Source: Rhizophagus irregularis (Eukaryota). Taken from it: 64,000 nt of DNA. The DNA is taken from assembly GCF_026210795.1 (NCBI RefSeq), contig NC_089433.1:1116001-1180000 (forward strand). The letters are read 5' to 3'. The notes beneath the pieces were generated by a model that made no database searches, was not told where the DNA came from, and worked only from the letters and a program-made list of their open reading frames with translations. The translations under genes were made by a program, and so were the position numbers. Shown piece after piece: positions 41,401-54,326 of this stretch (positions within the stretch are counted from its first letter, which is position 1; every line of letters begins with the position of its first letter).

Positions 41401-41516
41401 AATACAAACGCGTAGGTTCCAATCAAATTTATTATAGTTTATTACACAAGCACGTGAATAAATACTAATAATATATAGGGGGTGAGTAATCACCCGGGTG
41501 AGGAATAAATTTTCTC
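38464..41516 (-). mobile_element. Complete Mutator-like element (MULE)
   Basis: Imperfect TIRs (AATTTATTCCTCACCCCGGGTGA / TCACCCGGGTGAGGAATAAATT) and 9-bp TSD TTTTTTTAT on both sides (low complexity), enclosing one transposase ORF. Confidence 0.85.
38737..41349 (-). CDS. MULE transposase, FAR1-related, 870 aa ORF
   Basis: FAR1-type DNA-binding region, DDE core (IIHDNT, FVTDAD, TQRVES), SWIM finger (CTC...GIICRH), C-terminal zinc knuckle CGLCGENGHYRNTC; uninterrupted. True start codon uncertain. Confidence 0.92.
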   Translation of the reverse strand: MLHNTHRNSICSCMFFAFCAWLIMLYEVSPFTEPTNHDDNSEEYVVKSVLGAELKDYVGGFPLINTLIEIENGTRFHSMEIAVHFIEQYALQNNFAVFKHKSEKFPDGTCRKRVFKCDLGGRYTEKLLRPTLGKEKSKGTKKQGCMWQMNVNRRINSPIVTVTLFNNEHNHEILTDTIKFSTCYKNFTEEIMEQIEFYVVHGRCDAGTIRNLLQPKYPDRVFLTQDLGNAIQKIKQEKGLNNLGDAASLLMRLLELQADDPAWFVKPLIDDTSNRLIGIFWMSPEQRERWSKFYDIIIHDNTARTNKYNYPLSLFILIDNYNKSRLAAQAFIQDEKQESYEWLLRCCLEACEIPPLTFVTDADPAMIAAISTVFPETHHMQCLYHLYQNLPKNLRSCLGSPLYQEFLKDFRAIQRSHCESVFERRSAGIVEKYEAGKKYITTMLLNRKHTWVKCFTSRHFTAGTQSTQRVESENALIQKAVQSSFFLSQVQESIENRLEFELINNRYSIWKSSTLQYTQPFVIQTFFKDIDITMKKYLTQPIHDAHYKQMCQSVCYRTHQVPFSEISASDDDSFEPFFDKEVDDSIETPIEADEDRELDLKSLISMVNSDDILEIWKVSRYNFPKCYQHVILLNTGEYLCTCFMLVTHGIICRHFFKVFVETPKAYFHLVLIPKRWYKDEYITSSDISSSEIIMNSCQNDQNNTQITLEFTRKYTVNDLSESYSRQISQKQLKFGTLMGEAKKAIQFAIQDDDEELIQFIREYNKRREAQLIQAESIRQQEDLVRRKMIANDNRVFHNTRGVLVDSNQIMDPLKHQPKGRPATKRLKSSFEKSGSNKVKNGSEQAISGDKGRKCGLCGENGHYRNTCSKQ

Positions 41517-44024
41517 TTTTTTTATTTATATTTTTTTTTGTAAATTTCAAATTTCATTTAAACATATTTCTTTTGGACACAATCCTAAAAATCATAAACC
41601 CGAAACCACATTATCCCTGACACTTATTATCCTTTTTTAAGATTTTTTTTTAAAAATTTAGTAATGAGATAACATTAAACATTTTTAATTAATTTGATAA
41701 TGATCAACAAATGATCGGAAAATTTCGATAAATACCCGTTGCAAATGAGTTTGTTTAAATAGAAAAATTTAGTATTATAATGTAATACTAAGTAAATTAA
41801 AGATGGTTATAGTAGTTTTTTTGTTTCCATTTAATAAAGTGAATATTTTTAAAAATTATTTATCTATATTATTAATATCATATTTCATTAAATTATCCGG
41901 TTTTTAATATCAGGTGACTCGGTTAGGTTGACTCGTACTGTTTTTTTTTATTAAACAAATAAAAATCTTTTTTTTTTAATAAAAACGAAAAACAACTGAT
42001 TTTTTTTACTAAATTATAAAAAAATCAGTTTCTTTCTTTTCATTTTAATAATCGTTCTTTTTTTTTATTAAAAAAATACTAAATTTTTTTATAAACTAAT
42101 TACGGAAATATGGTTACTCACGGAAGCTAAATATTTATTGTAGAAAAAAATATGTAACGTAATTTTAATTAAACAAATATAATTTTATATACTTAAGCCA
42201 AATATAAATTTGGTTCTTAATAGAGAATTGTTTGTAAAAAAGTTTGATCCTGTAGATAAAGGAGGTTTAGTTTTCTATGAAAATTATTTGCAAAATGATA
42301 TCGAAAATTATCCGATTTTTTTGATTTTCTTTATTACTAAATAAGTCATACATTTTGTTAATTTATTTCATTTATTCAAAAGATTATAATCCATTTCTTA
42401 AACGAAATAATACTTTAATGGCAATAGTAAACATTATATGACTTGAAGAGATATGCAATGGTCATCCGCCATTAAAAAAATCCGGCGCTGAGGCGTTGGG
42501 TCCACAAAGCGCTTGAATTTTAAATATTTCTCGCGATTATCCATTAAAGCTAGAGAAAATTTCAAATATAAAAGATCTTAAGTTTTCGACCTTCTTACTT
42601 TTATTTGTAATCGAAAGAGCTATTTTAAACAACATATAAAAAATTGACTCAGATATTTATTCTCTTTTTATTAAATTTTTCATTATTAAATAGTTATTGG
42701 ATACTAGATATCGGTCGAACACTGGTCGAACACAATACTGCGGTGACCAATAGGAATTAATGCTACTAATAACGATTTAATATAATCCCGCATATTCCTA
42801 ATCGACTGAACAACAACAAAATATTATTAAATTTCCTACCCAAGTTGAAAATATTATAAACCATTTTTTTAATGTTTCTTAATTTATTAAAATTTTAATT
42901 CTAGTAAATATGATATGACAGAATTTAGCAATAGCTAAATTTTAATATGCCTACATTTCATTACTATTTGATATTCGAATGATAAACATTTGTTTGTCAA
43001 AGTTAACCTTTATTATTACGATCGTACAAGTTTAGGTGTTATGCATAAATGTATATGATATACATGCATAAACTTTATTTTTACTAGTATCTACTCTTAG
43101 CGCTCTAGTATGTTCGTGGAGAACGAGGCATATTTACTCAAGTATGAAGAATAAGACTAATTAAAAATTGTAATATAATTAAGAAAAATCGTTATTATTA
43201 GTTTATAATAAAAAAAAAATCACACTGGTCCTATCAAATTCACAATAACTGCGCAATTCCTAAAAATAATTTAAAAAATCAAAATTAATATTTAATATTT
43301 TACCGCTAAACTATTTTGGTATATTTACGTAGTAATAGTCGTACGAAAAGAAGTAAAGAAGCCCGCGTCCTTTTTCATGATACATTATTAAGTAATATAT
43401 TTATAATCCATTTTATTATTTTATTGAAAGAAAAAAATAGATTATATAATTAAATGCAATGAAAAATACAAAGACTACTTGCGATTGATTAAGCATCATA
43501 TGATTTGAAGCGTAATACTTTCTTAACCACTGTTTAAATAACACGTACATACTAGGACAAATTAGGAAATAAAGGCACATATGACTTGTACTATCAATAA
43601 ACATTTGTAATTAATGCTTTTGTTGAAGATCCTTTAAAAAAGGGGAACTTTCTCCGATTTGATAATCTTGATTTAATCATCTGACTGACTGGTTTTTGTC
43701 TCTTAATTTAGTATAAAAAAATTTTTATTGTTTTGTTTCCAACTTTGTTACTTTTTTTTTCTTTCTCTTAAAAAAAATGTATATATGATTTTCATTATCA
43801 TTACCTATCAAATATATCAAATATGTAAATATTTACGTTTAAAAAAAAAAGTTCTACCAAGTCGTTTCATATTAAAGTTTTTAGTATGATCGACAAAAGT
43901 AGTAAATAGATTAGAGATAACGTTCATTTATGAAATTAATTATATAAACCTCACTTTTATCAAAAAATGTTAATTTTTGGCATGACCCTTTTATCCTATT
44001 TTAAATTATATTATTGAAATATTA

Positions 44025-47000
44025 ATGAAAACACTCGTTCGTCCTTCATATAGTAAGGATTTTTTAGACCGCGGGACATTAAACGGGGGATATTTTCACA
44101 ATATTGGAAATATTAATAATATCCAACGACACGATGATAGATATTCGATTAAGGCTGAAAGCTTAGATATGGGCGTTTATTTACAAGAAGATACTTTTGT
44201 CTCTGAAATTAAATATACTAAATTAGTTTATTTCATCATTGATTATCAAAAACGTAATATAAAGGTAGAATTTGATGTTCATGGTAAATTATATTCATTA
44301 GAAAATGAATTCAATAATATTGAAGGTGAAATTTATGTTGAACAACAAAGACCTTATTGGTCTATTACCATCGCAAACAAATTTCCGCCAAGGTATTCAA
44401 TACGTGATGATAACAAACGTTCTTTTAAACGAATGACGAGAATACAAAGTTTAAGAAAAAGTAATGAACCACTTCAACCACATATGTCTGATAATAGTGA
44501 ACAATTAGGCAAATGGGTAGTTTTTAGAATATCCTTTAACAATCAAGCTAATAATCAATTTTATCGTTTTATAAATATGATTGATAAAGCTAGAGATTAT
44601 TCATTAGTATCTAAATTTAATAAACCATTAAAAATAGTAGCTGGGTCAACTTTAAACAAATATGTGAACCGTTCAAATTTAGATTTTGACATCCTATATA
44701 TGATCGAATGTAACCTTTCTTTTAATTACATTCACGATTATAATTTAAATGAAGATTTTTTTTCCTTTTTATCCGTTCAACCAAAAGACGCTGTAATTTA
44801 TGTTTTGGAAAAAATATTTGAAGAGAAAAATCGTATATACGATCCTTTATTATATTTACGTTCAGAGATCAAGAAACGTATTAATGTTTCTGTCAAATTT
44901 AATGAAGTACCTAATCATTGTGCAATGATGCGTAAGGTAGTAGTAACTCCTACTACTATGTATATGTTACCTCCAACTATGGAAACTTCTAATCGAGTGA
45001 TTCGTAATTATGAATATAAAAAAGATAATTTCTTACGAGTACATTTTTCTGATGAAGCATCAAATCCAATCGGTTCATCAAGTGGAAATTTTAATGATAC
45101 TTTTAATGATGCTTTATATAATAGGATTTATTATACATTAAATAATGGTATTAAAATTGGAAATGTACATTATGAATTTTTGGCCTTTTCTTCAAGTCAA
45201 TTGAGAGATCATTCTTGTTGGTTTTTCGCATCAACTGAGGATTTAACCGCAAATAATATAAGAAAGTGGATGGGTGATTTCTCGGATATCAAAACTGTTG
45301 CAAAATATGCTGCACGTATGGGTCAATGTTTTTCAAGTACTAGAGTGATTCAATATGTTCCAGTTAGTGATATTAAAGAAATTCCCGATATAATTAGAAA
45401 TGGGTATACATTTTCTGATGGTATAGGAAAAATATCTTTTTCATTAGCAGAAGTAATTGCAAAAGAATTAGATTTAAAAAGAATTCCAAGTGCTTTTCAA
45501 TTTAGAATGGCGGGATATAAAGGAGTTTTATGTCAATCACGTTATTTGAGAGCAAATCAAGTTCAAGTTCGTCCAAGTCAACATAAATTTAAATCAAATC
45601 ATAATATATTGGAAATTGTTAGATGTTCATCTTACCTTCCATCTTATCTTAATAGGCAAGCCATTACATTATTATCAGCATTAGGAATACCAGATGATGT
45701 ATTCATTCGAATGAAGGATCAACAAGTCAGTGAATTGAGTAGAATTTTTGAAAGTGATCTTTTAGCGTTAAATGTTTTACAACAAAATATTGATGAATAT
45801 GAAACTTCACAATCACTTATAGAATTAGTAAAAGCTGGATTCCTACAATCAAAAGATCCTTACTTAATTAATTTAATTTCTTTATTTCGTATCAAGATGT
45901 TACAAGATCTTAAAAAGAAAGCAAAAATTCGTGTGGGTAGAGGAGCATTTTTAATGGGTGTATTAGATGAAACGAAAACTTTAAAAGATAATGAAGTGTA
46001 TTGTTGTATATCTGATCCTTGTAATCCATCTAAAAGAAAAGTAATTACTGGAACTTGTATTGTATACCGTAACCCTTGTTTTCATCCTGGAGACATACGA
46101 ATCGTTAAAGCTGTATATTGTAATACTTTGAGCAATCTGATGGATGTATTGGTATTTCCTTCAGTTGGATATCGTGATATTCCAAATCAATGTAGTGGTG
46201 GTGATCTAGACGGTGATGATTTTACGTATGTACAATAATTAAACTATGTTAAATTTATATTAATTATTAAAAACAAAATCTAACTATTCCTCTTTTTAGA
46301 ATAATTTATGACGAACATCTAATCCCAAGTGAAGCGCATGAACCCATGAATTATAAATCTAAAAAACCAAAACCGGTCGATCATGTAACTATGGAAAGCA
46401 TTAAAGCATTTTTTGTAAATTATGTATTTTCTGATCAACTTGGTAAGATCGCCAATGCTCATTTGGCAAAAGCGGATTCTTTTCCAAATGGCGCACTCCA
46501 TGGACAATGTAAAGCTCTCGCTCATTTACACTCGGATGCTGTAGATTTTCCAAAAACGGGAATACCGGCAATAGTTCCACAGGAACTTCGTGTAGAACGC
46601 TTTCCAGATTTTATGGAAAAACATGATAAACTAAGTTACGAATCTGAAAAAGTTCTGGGTATTTTATATCGTTCTATTAAAGTAGTAGACTATGAACGAT
46701 ATACTAGTTTGAATTTCGATAAAAGGTTATTATATGTTGAAGGATATGAAAAATATTTAAATAATGCATTAAGACTTAAACGTGCATATGATGCAGAGAT
46801 AAAAGGGGTCATGAATCAATTTGGAATTATGACCGAATTTGAAGTAGTTAGTGGATACATTATTAATACAATTACCAAAATTGATAAGAAAAAACCAAGA
46901 AATGTAATAAAATCTGTAATGGATACAATAATTCCAATTAGAAAAAGTTACCGAAAAAAATTTGAGGAAGAGTTTTATGAAGAAGGAACTAAAATTATTC

Positions 47001-47146
47001 CATCAACAGCTTCTGATCAAATGAAATCAAAAGCCGTTGCTTGGTACTGTGTAACGTATGGATTGAAGGATGAAGATATGATATCTTTTCCTTGGATTGT
47101 GTACGACATTTTATGTGAAATTGTTAAAAATAGTAAGATTAAATGA
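44025..47146 (+). CDS. Eukaryotic RNAi-type RNA-dependent RNA polymerase (exons 44025-46225 and 46300-47146, about 1015 aa)
   Basis: Motifs KYAARMGQCFS, FSDGIG, AFQFRMAGYKG, RNPCFHPGD, catalytic DLDGD, AVDFPKTG. A 74-nt intron 46226-46299 (GTATGT...CTAAC...TAG) joins DGDDFT|IIYDEHL in frame. Confidence 0.95.
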
Positions 47147-47273
47147 TTATTCAACCTAATTTTTTTTTAGGTCAAATTATTATATTTTATATATTCATAT
47201 TTAAGGTTATTATTATTGATATTTATTCATTTTATTATTTTAGTATGTATGTTATTGTAACAAATTAAGTAAA

Positions 47274-47420
47274 TTATAATTTGTGCCATGTCGCCATTGC
47301 GCTGGTATTAAATTTGGTGTTAGTTTAGGATGGTTATTATTAGAATTTTGGATGTTTTACTATTGAATGTCACACCATTATATCATACCAGCGCTGTGGC
47401 GCCATGGCATTAAATTATAA
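47274..47420. mobile_element. Small hairpin/MITE just downstream of the RdRP
   Basis: TTATAATTTGTGCCATGTCGCCATTGCGCTGGTAT is inverted as ATACCAGCGCTGTGGCGCCATGGCATTAAATTATAA. Confidence 0.7.
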
Positions 47421-48107
47421 AATTCATTAAATAAATATATTATTTTTTTATGATTATTATTTTATTTATTGTGCGTTTTTTTTTAAAAAAAAAATTATCT
47501 GATTATAATTTTATAAGATAAAAACAGGTAATCTAAAAATTGTATTTAACTATTTACTATTTTAATTTATTTAGCCTCGCTCTTGTTAACCATTTAAAAA
47601 ATTTTATTAATAATCGTAAAATATTATCCAAGAAAAGTAATTTAATTAAGCCGAAAATTGCATGATTTATTCAGGATAATTTCTTAACGAGACTTCCGGG
47701 AAATGTTAGCACGTGATTCTCATTCACGCGAATCAAAATTCTTAGAAATTTCAAACATATTATATATTGAAGGATATTTTTTAGTAATTTAAGGGAGAAA
47801 AAATTTTTTTTCAAAAGTTCCCGAAGAATTCTCACGCAACATGTAGAAAAATTCTAGCATATCATAAATAAAAATTAATTTTTTTTATGTAAAGTTCATA
47901 ATTTAAGTAAGAATTCTCATTGCATCTGTCTGTTTGCATCATATTTAAATTTTACTTACAAATCTTCATCTCTAGGAATCATGAGAAAATTAAAATGCGA
48001 TTATAAATATATCTTGAATTCGGAGTTTTCCTAGCCCTCTTAATTTCATCAAGGACAAAAATGTACAAATCAAATTTTTCTATAAACATTACGGTTATTA
48101 AAACAAG

Positions 48108-48608
48108 ATGTCTCTAATTAGCAATAATTGGATGGATTCTGTTAGTAGAATCTTCGATGATCTTATTAAAGATTTGAACGTCGCTAAACGTGGCAACACT
48201 CGCACTCGCCGCTTTCCTGCGTTGGAAGTTCATGAAACTGAGAAAGAATATATAGTCTATGCAGAATTGCAGTATATAATTGATTTTTTTTCATTATATT
48301 TACGTATTCTTTGAATCAAATAATGAAACATTATTATTTTATAGGGATTTAGTAAGGATCAAATTAACGCTGATGTTCGTGACAACGTTCTTGTCATCTC
48401 CGGTGAATTCAAGAATGACCAAAAATTTCAAGACGGAAAACTCTTGTCAAAGAACGTCGTTATGACAACTTTCCTCGTAGTATTTCGATACCTCCAAATA
48501 TAAAAACTGAAGAGGTTACGGCCAAATTTGAAAATGGTGTTTTACGAAATGAGACTTCCCAAGTCAGCCCCGCAAGAAAATCGATATCAAATAAAAAGAC
48601 AGCACTAG
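48108..48608 (+). pseudogene. Small heat-shock protein (HSP20/alpha-crystallin), frameshifted
   Basis: FPALEVHETEKEYIVYAEL | intron 48272-48344 | GFSKDQINADVRDNVLVISGE ... ERRYDNFPRSISIPPNIKTEEVTAKFENGVL; needs frame corrections at about 48270 and 48440. Confidence 0.85.
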
Positions 48609-49173
48609 TAGCAATAGTCTTTGTAAATTTCAATGTTTTAAACAATAATATAATTGTTATAAATAATAAATCATTATTTTTTCCATCAACAAATGGAAGT
48701 TATAAAAACTAAAATATGTAATGTGAGCGCCAAATATTTTTATTCTGTTAATTTAATTAATTTAACACCTAATACGCTGTTTACGTTTCTAGTAAATATG
48801 TAAACAAAATTGAAGAACATTAACTTATTAAAGTTTTTGAGACAATGTGATTATTAATAATACGTAATTCGCGTCAATAATTTCGAAATTTTTTTACCGA
48901 AAATTTAATTTTTAAATCTTGAGGCTCAAGGTCTAACCGTCTTGAAAAAATATTTCTAAAATTTTATTATTAACTACAGGGCTAACTTACATGATTATGA
49001 TCTGATTATACTGCTAATTCTGGCCAATTATAAGCAAACTCTGGGCAAAATCTAGCATATTTCTAGCTATACTTTTCCCAACTTTCTGTATAAAACCGGT
49101 TGATGGAAAAGGCGATATAATAAATATAAAATTTTCAATTTTTTATTTCAAAATTTATAGAGGTTGGAACTAA

Positions 49174-49374
49174 GGGGATGGCCAGAAATAATTTAAATTT
49201 TAGGATTTTTGTCTTTTTGACCCCCCTCCCTATGTCATAATTCATTTTAGGAAATGTAAAATTAAAACATAATTCTGGCTAGAATTATGTTAATTACAAG
49301 TGTCTAAAAATGGAAGATGTGTAACATCATCATGGTCTTAACCTTAGGAAATGACGTCATTTCTGGCCATCCCC
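49174..49374. mobile_element. PIF/Harbinger (Tourist-like) MITE
   Basis: TIR GGGGATGGCCAGAAAT / ATTTCTGGCCATCCCC; TAA TSD. Confidence 0.85.
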
Positions 49375-49427
49375 TAACCGATTAACAATCGATTAACCAG
49401 CTACCGTGATCAAATAATAATAATCAG

Positions 49428-49761
49428 TTAATTTTTGCAAATGTACGAATTTAAATAATAGAGGGGACAATTGAATCACGTGTGCTAACGATCAATTTAT
49501 TAATTGCAGCAAGATATTCTGAGTAAAAGATGCAAAAAACATATAATAATCAGTAAAGTCTATTTAATTTAAGCCGTTTAGTAAATAGGTGGGTAAATAA
49601 AGTTAATACTAAAATATTAACAAATTAGAATACAATAATTAAAGTTGATATACAATATAATGTAGAGTGAACAATAATTAAGGGTGCACTACGTGATCTA
49701 TTGTCCCTCTATTATTAATTTTTAAATGTATTTCATAAATTCGTACATTTGCTAAAATTAA
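49428..49761. mobile_element. Small foldback element
   Basis: GCAAATGTACGAATTT...TAATAGAGGGGACAAT is inverted as ATTGTCCCTCTATTA...AAATTCGTACATTTGC. Confidence 0.6.
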
Positions 49762-50659
49762 TATCATAACAAGAGGTCATTTTCATGGGGGAGCTTGACA
49801 TGCTTTTAAAAGATCTTTTAAGTGAATGTTATTGTAAAAAAAAATGACTTTTAATTTATAAATATACAAATTGTTGATCTCTCCTTTATAAATAAGCTTT
49901 GTTAAAACTAGGAAACGGGGAACCGTTGTAAGTCCGGAGCGAGGTATCATAATAATAATAAATAATAAATAATAATAAAGATGTTAACATATATCAAGAA
50001 TGGTAGCGATTTCCTACTAATTAGCAGCATAACGCCTTGGAATTCCGTGACACGTGATCGATCATTTTTCATAGTGCGTAGACATATATAGTCCTTCGCA
50101 TTCGCTCTAGACAATAAATAAATTTTTTAAATTTAGCTTTTTCTTAAATAAAATGAATAAACAAATGATTTTTTCTATTTATAATGAGTAAATTTAATAT
50201 AGAGAAATGGCAGATTTCGGTTTATTATAAGTTAAATAGTAAAATAGTAAAAATTTAAGAGAATTGCTAAATGTGTCCTGGGTAATTGTCGCCTGGAGGT
50301 TTTTTTCCAAGTATGTCACATGATGTACAATATATAGAGTAAATTTATTAATCGGCTGACAGCTGATTTTTTTAATTTAGCTAATTTTTGATCGGCTAAA
50401 CTTAAAATTTTATTGCAAAAGATATTTTAAAAAAACAATTTGCAAACATATTTATTCAAAATAATCTTATCTAATGAAATTTTATTTGCAAATATTAAAA
50501 TTTTAGTCACACATTTACGATTTTAAAGAAAAAAATTACCGTATTTTTAATGAAGTGATACAAATAAAAGAAACAATAGCAATAAATAAAAAGATAAGTA
50601 AATTACAATGATCAAGAAGAAAGATGCTAATAAAAAATGAAATAACAATGAAGTAATGG

Positions 50660-50940
50660 AAAGTAATAGAAGATGAAAGGGAGTAAAAGACGAGTAGTGA
50701 GAAGTGATAGGAAACAAAAAGGAGAAATATGGCATGATGGTAGATGAAGAGGAGTGTTGGGGAGGGAGACGAAAAGGAATGATAGGAGACGAAAAGGAGT
50801 GATAGGAGACGAAAAAGAGTGATGGGAGATGAAAAGGAGTGACGGAAAGATGAAGAGGAGTGATGGGAGACGAAAAGAAGTGATGGAAAGATGAAGAGGA
50901 GTGATGGGAGACGAAAGGGAGCGATGAGAGACAAAAAGAA
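50660..50940. repeat. Purine-rich ~20-bp minisatellite
   Basis: GGAGTGAT(A/G)GGAGA(C/T)GAAAA units. Confidence 0.85.
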
Positions 50941-51645
50941 TTCGGCCGATCATTTATCCAATCCTAGTAAAATTTTACTTATTTCTAATTAGCCAGGAGA
51001 TAAGTAATACTTACATATTCTCTTTTCTCATTTAAATTCTTTTTATCATAAGATTAAATATGAATATTATCATCCATTTCTATCAACTTGGTGACTTGGA
51101 CTATAATAAATGTTCTTAAATAAAGATAAACATTAAACTATCCATACCTAAACTTTTTTTTTCCGTAAAAATCAGCTTAAAGGTTTTTTGTACTTCTATA
51201 TAATTAAAATTGTTAAGAAGATTAGTTTTCACTCCAAGGATGTTTAATTTTTTTTTGTGAGATTGGGATTGGCTCTGAATTATATATGGACTCTTGTTAG
51301 TAGTGTGCATCTTGCTCTTGACCTTAGATACAAATACCTTTAGTATAACTGTCCCTTTAACCTTTGATGTATCCTACCATTGATTTTTGAGTGTATTCTA
51401 TTTTAAGCTTTGAGCATTTTTTCTTAATCTCACTCTTAAATTGATTGCATTTCTTTATTAATTCTTTTATTGTTATTTGGTAAAAAAGTATTACGTTAAA
51501 AATTGTAAATCACATGTATTACTATTTACATTAGTATAGCAGATTGTTTATTTAATTATTTAAATACTGTATCATGTGCGTGATATACGTGATATACATT
51601 AATTCATCATTTTTACTAAGAATTCAATTAATATCATCATCTCAC

Positions 51646-52963
51646 CCCTATGAAAAAAAATCATCCAATTTTTGTACAATATTTGTTCAAGTCCGTGTGG
51701 AAATTGTACAATTATTGCAGATTTTTGGATAAAAATAGCTATGAAGTTTTTCAAAGCATATTAAAAGATATAGAAAATGTTCAATTTTTGTGTGATTTTT
51801 ATACAACTTAAATTTAGGATACAGAAAGCAATTTTTGGGTAATCCTACTATACTACTTTCCATCTTACCTGTATGGTTACATTTGACCACTTTTAGGGTC
51901 AAATAGACCACTTTTAACCATTACAAATAGATTTTCCTAAGTAAAGTGATTTATGCAGTAAGGTTACATAAAATTCAACTGCATATTTGCTTATAAATGG
52001 GCATTTTCTGGACCCATTGGTGAAATTTTTGTATCATCTTGTAACTAAAAAAAAGTCAAAAACTTTTTATTAGGTTACACAATTAGTTCTGACCGGAATT
52101 ATAATTTTGCCAGAATTATGCGGTAAAAATCAACTCTTAAAATTATATATGTTGATCACGTGATCTGATCGTCAAAATAAATATGACGACGCGAAATGTT
52201 TTTGTTTATGTTTTTTTAACCTTTTAACTTTTCTTCAACTTTCTTTTAAAATATCAGGTAAGAAAAACTTGTGTTCTTTATCTTTTTATTTTCCTAACTT
52301 TTTACATTTTAATGTTACTAACTTGCTTTCTTCACTAACTTCATACTTTTTTTTATTACTAATACTAATAATTTACTTTTTAACATTACTAATTTGCTTT
52401 CTTCACTAACTTCATACTTTTTTATTACTAACACTAATAATTTAGTACTTTTTAACACTACTAATTTGCTTTCTTCACTAACTTCATACTTTTTTATTTA
52501 ATACTAATAATTTACTTACACTAATAATTTACTTTCTTCTTTGATAATACTAATTTACTTTCATGTTACTAACATACTTTATTTTATTTTATTTTCTTAC
52601 AAATTTTTATATTTATGATTATATCAAATTTAGTATTTTATTTATGAAATATTGTGTATATTTTTTATATTTTAAGTCAATAAAAAAAATTCATAATTTC
52701 ACTTTATAAATTGCCTGTTATTACTGTAAAATTTAACCTATAATTCCTAAAATATGGCCTAAAAAAATTTGGCTCAAAAATCACACAATAATTGTATAAA
52801 TTCAGGTCAAAAATAGGATAATTATTGAATGAATTACCATGCAATAATTGTGTGATTTATTGCAATTTTTAGCACAATTATTGTATGGTCAAATATACGG
52901 AAATCGTAGTGAATTTAATTGAATGATTTTTCAACAAAAATCACACAGACTTTTTTCATAGGG
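51646..52963. mobile_element. CCC...GGG-ended non-autonomous DNA transposon with an internal ~70-bp tandem repeat (52310-52560)
   Basis: CCCTATGAAAAAA / TTTTTTCATAGGG; 3-bp TSD CAC. Confidence 0.75.
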
Positions 52964-54165
52964 CACGATTTACAAATCTTAATAGAAATAGTGATACTAA
53001 ATTAGTTTATGCTGGAACAGCCCCAGTGCGAAGCAGCAAGTGATTGAAAATTTATTATTTCAATATTTACAAAATATTTGGCATTTTCTTTAATAGGATT
53101 ATTAACTGAAATGAAAGTAGAGTATGACTCATATGGTCATCAGGTACACTAAACCTGTTCGAAGTAACATACAGGTAGTATTGCAGAATAGCCATACGGA
53201 TAAAGGGTCAGTTATATGCTTAATATTTACCTTCAATATTAGCAATGAAGTGATTCCTTATATAATGAGTTTTGAAAAACAAATTTAATAAATTTAACGA
53301 TAAATCCAATACTACATTTTTTTAAAAATTACGTGAAAATTACTCAGCTGAGATCCTTTTAATGGAAGATGGAAGAGAAGATCCTATTTTCTAGAACATA
53401 AGTTTGGTTGGAATTCTGAACCAGAAGAATGACCATCCATTTGTTTGAATTGATAATAGATAAAATATGCAATTCGTTTATGTGATGATTTATAACCGCA
53501 AATATTCAAATTCACATAGACTAATAAGAAAATGAGATATATACTGTATATACAGCATATATAATTATCAGGTTAATTACCTAGTTTTTTTTTAATTAAT
53601 GTACAGTACAAAAAGATTCTTATATGCTGAAATCAGGGTGGAAATTTTATTATGTTCTTTAATACCTTTTTTTTTTAAAAAAAAAAAACCGTAACGCATC
53701 TCTTTATTAAGAATAGATATCCTATAACGAAATACCTAGAACCGCACATGCAAACACGATACGGCTATTACACGTAAAAAAGGATACCAATAATAAATAA
53801 AAACAAAATTGTATTCAACACAAATTTTTTAGATTAGATATTACTAACTTTATTTTGTAGGGTATAGGGAAGAAGGGTGGAATACACCTAAGTGCGAGTT
53901 GATGGACTCGTCTAATTAGTTAGCGTTAGACTTAGAGTTATTTCTATTTCTTTTTTTTCCCTACATAAATTAGGTTAATTTAGTTAGGTTTCATCAAAAT
54001 TAAATAGTGTATGGTCTTTCAGGTATAGTATTTATGGGATAAATTATTAGTAACGTATCATTTTGTTCGATTACTCTGTTATAGGGTTGTCACGTGATTT
54101 GCATGGTCGGCTCTAAGTATCTTGTCACTTGGGATACAAATCCTAATAAAGATGCGTTACAGTTT

Positions 54166-54326
54166 CCCAGTAGATAGTTTTTGTATAAATTTGTACCAAA
54201 TGGGCTCATCCATATATAATTGGCTCTATATTGGCTTAAATTTGGATTATTTTTTGCATAAATTTGAGCTAATTTCGAGCCAATGAGCCCGTTTGGTATA
54301 AATTTATACAAAAACTATTTACTGGG
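54166..54326. mobile_element. CCC...GGG-ended palindromic MITE
   Basis: ~44-bp TIR CCCAGTAGATAGTTTTTGTATAAATTTGTACCAAATGGGCTCAT / ATGAGCCCGTTTGGTATAAATTTATACAAAAACTATTTACTGGG; TTT flanks. Confidence 0.8.

Noticed and set aside
44025..47146. Viral RdRP or endogenous virus
   Set aside because: DLDGD double-psi-barrel type motifs and a spliceosomal intron identify a cellular RNAi RdRP.
47735..47860. Heat-shock elements upstream of HSP20
   Set aside because: Only two-unit GAAnnTTC/TTCnnGAA matches were seen, no clean three-unit element, and these are expected by chance in AT-rich DNA.
50536..50953. Three overlapping minus-strand ORFs
   Set aside because: Low-complexity translations of a purine-rich minisatellite.
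52250..52570. Second micro-exon array (many CTAAC/CTAAT motifs after a CAGGTAAG)
   Set aside because: The units lack AG-N-GT junctions; it is an internal tandem repeat of a TIR element.
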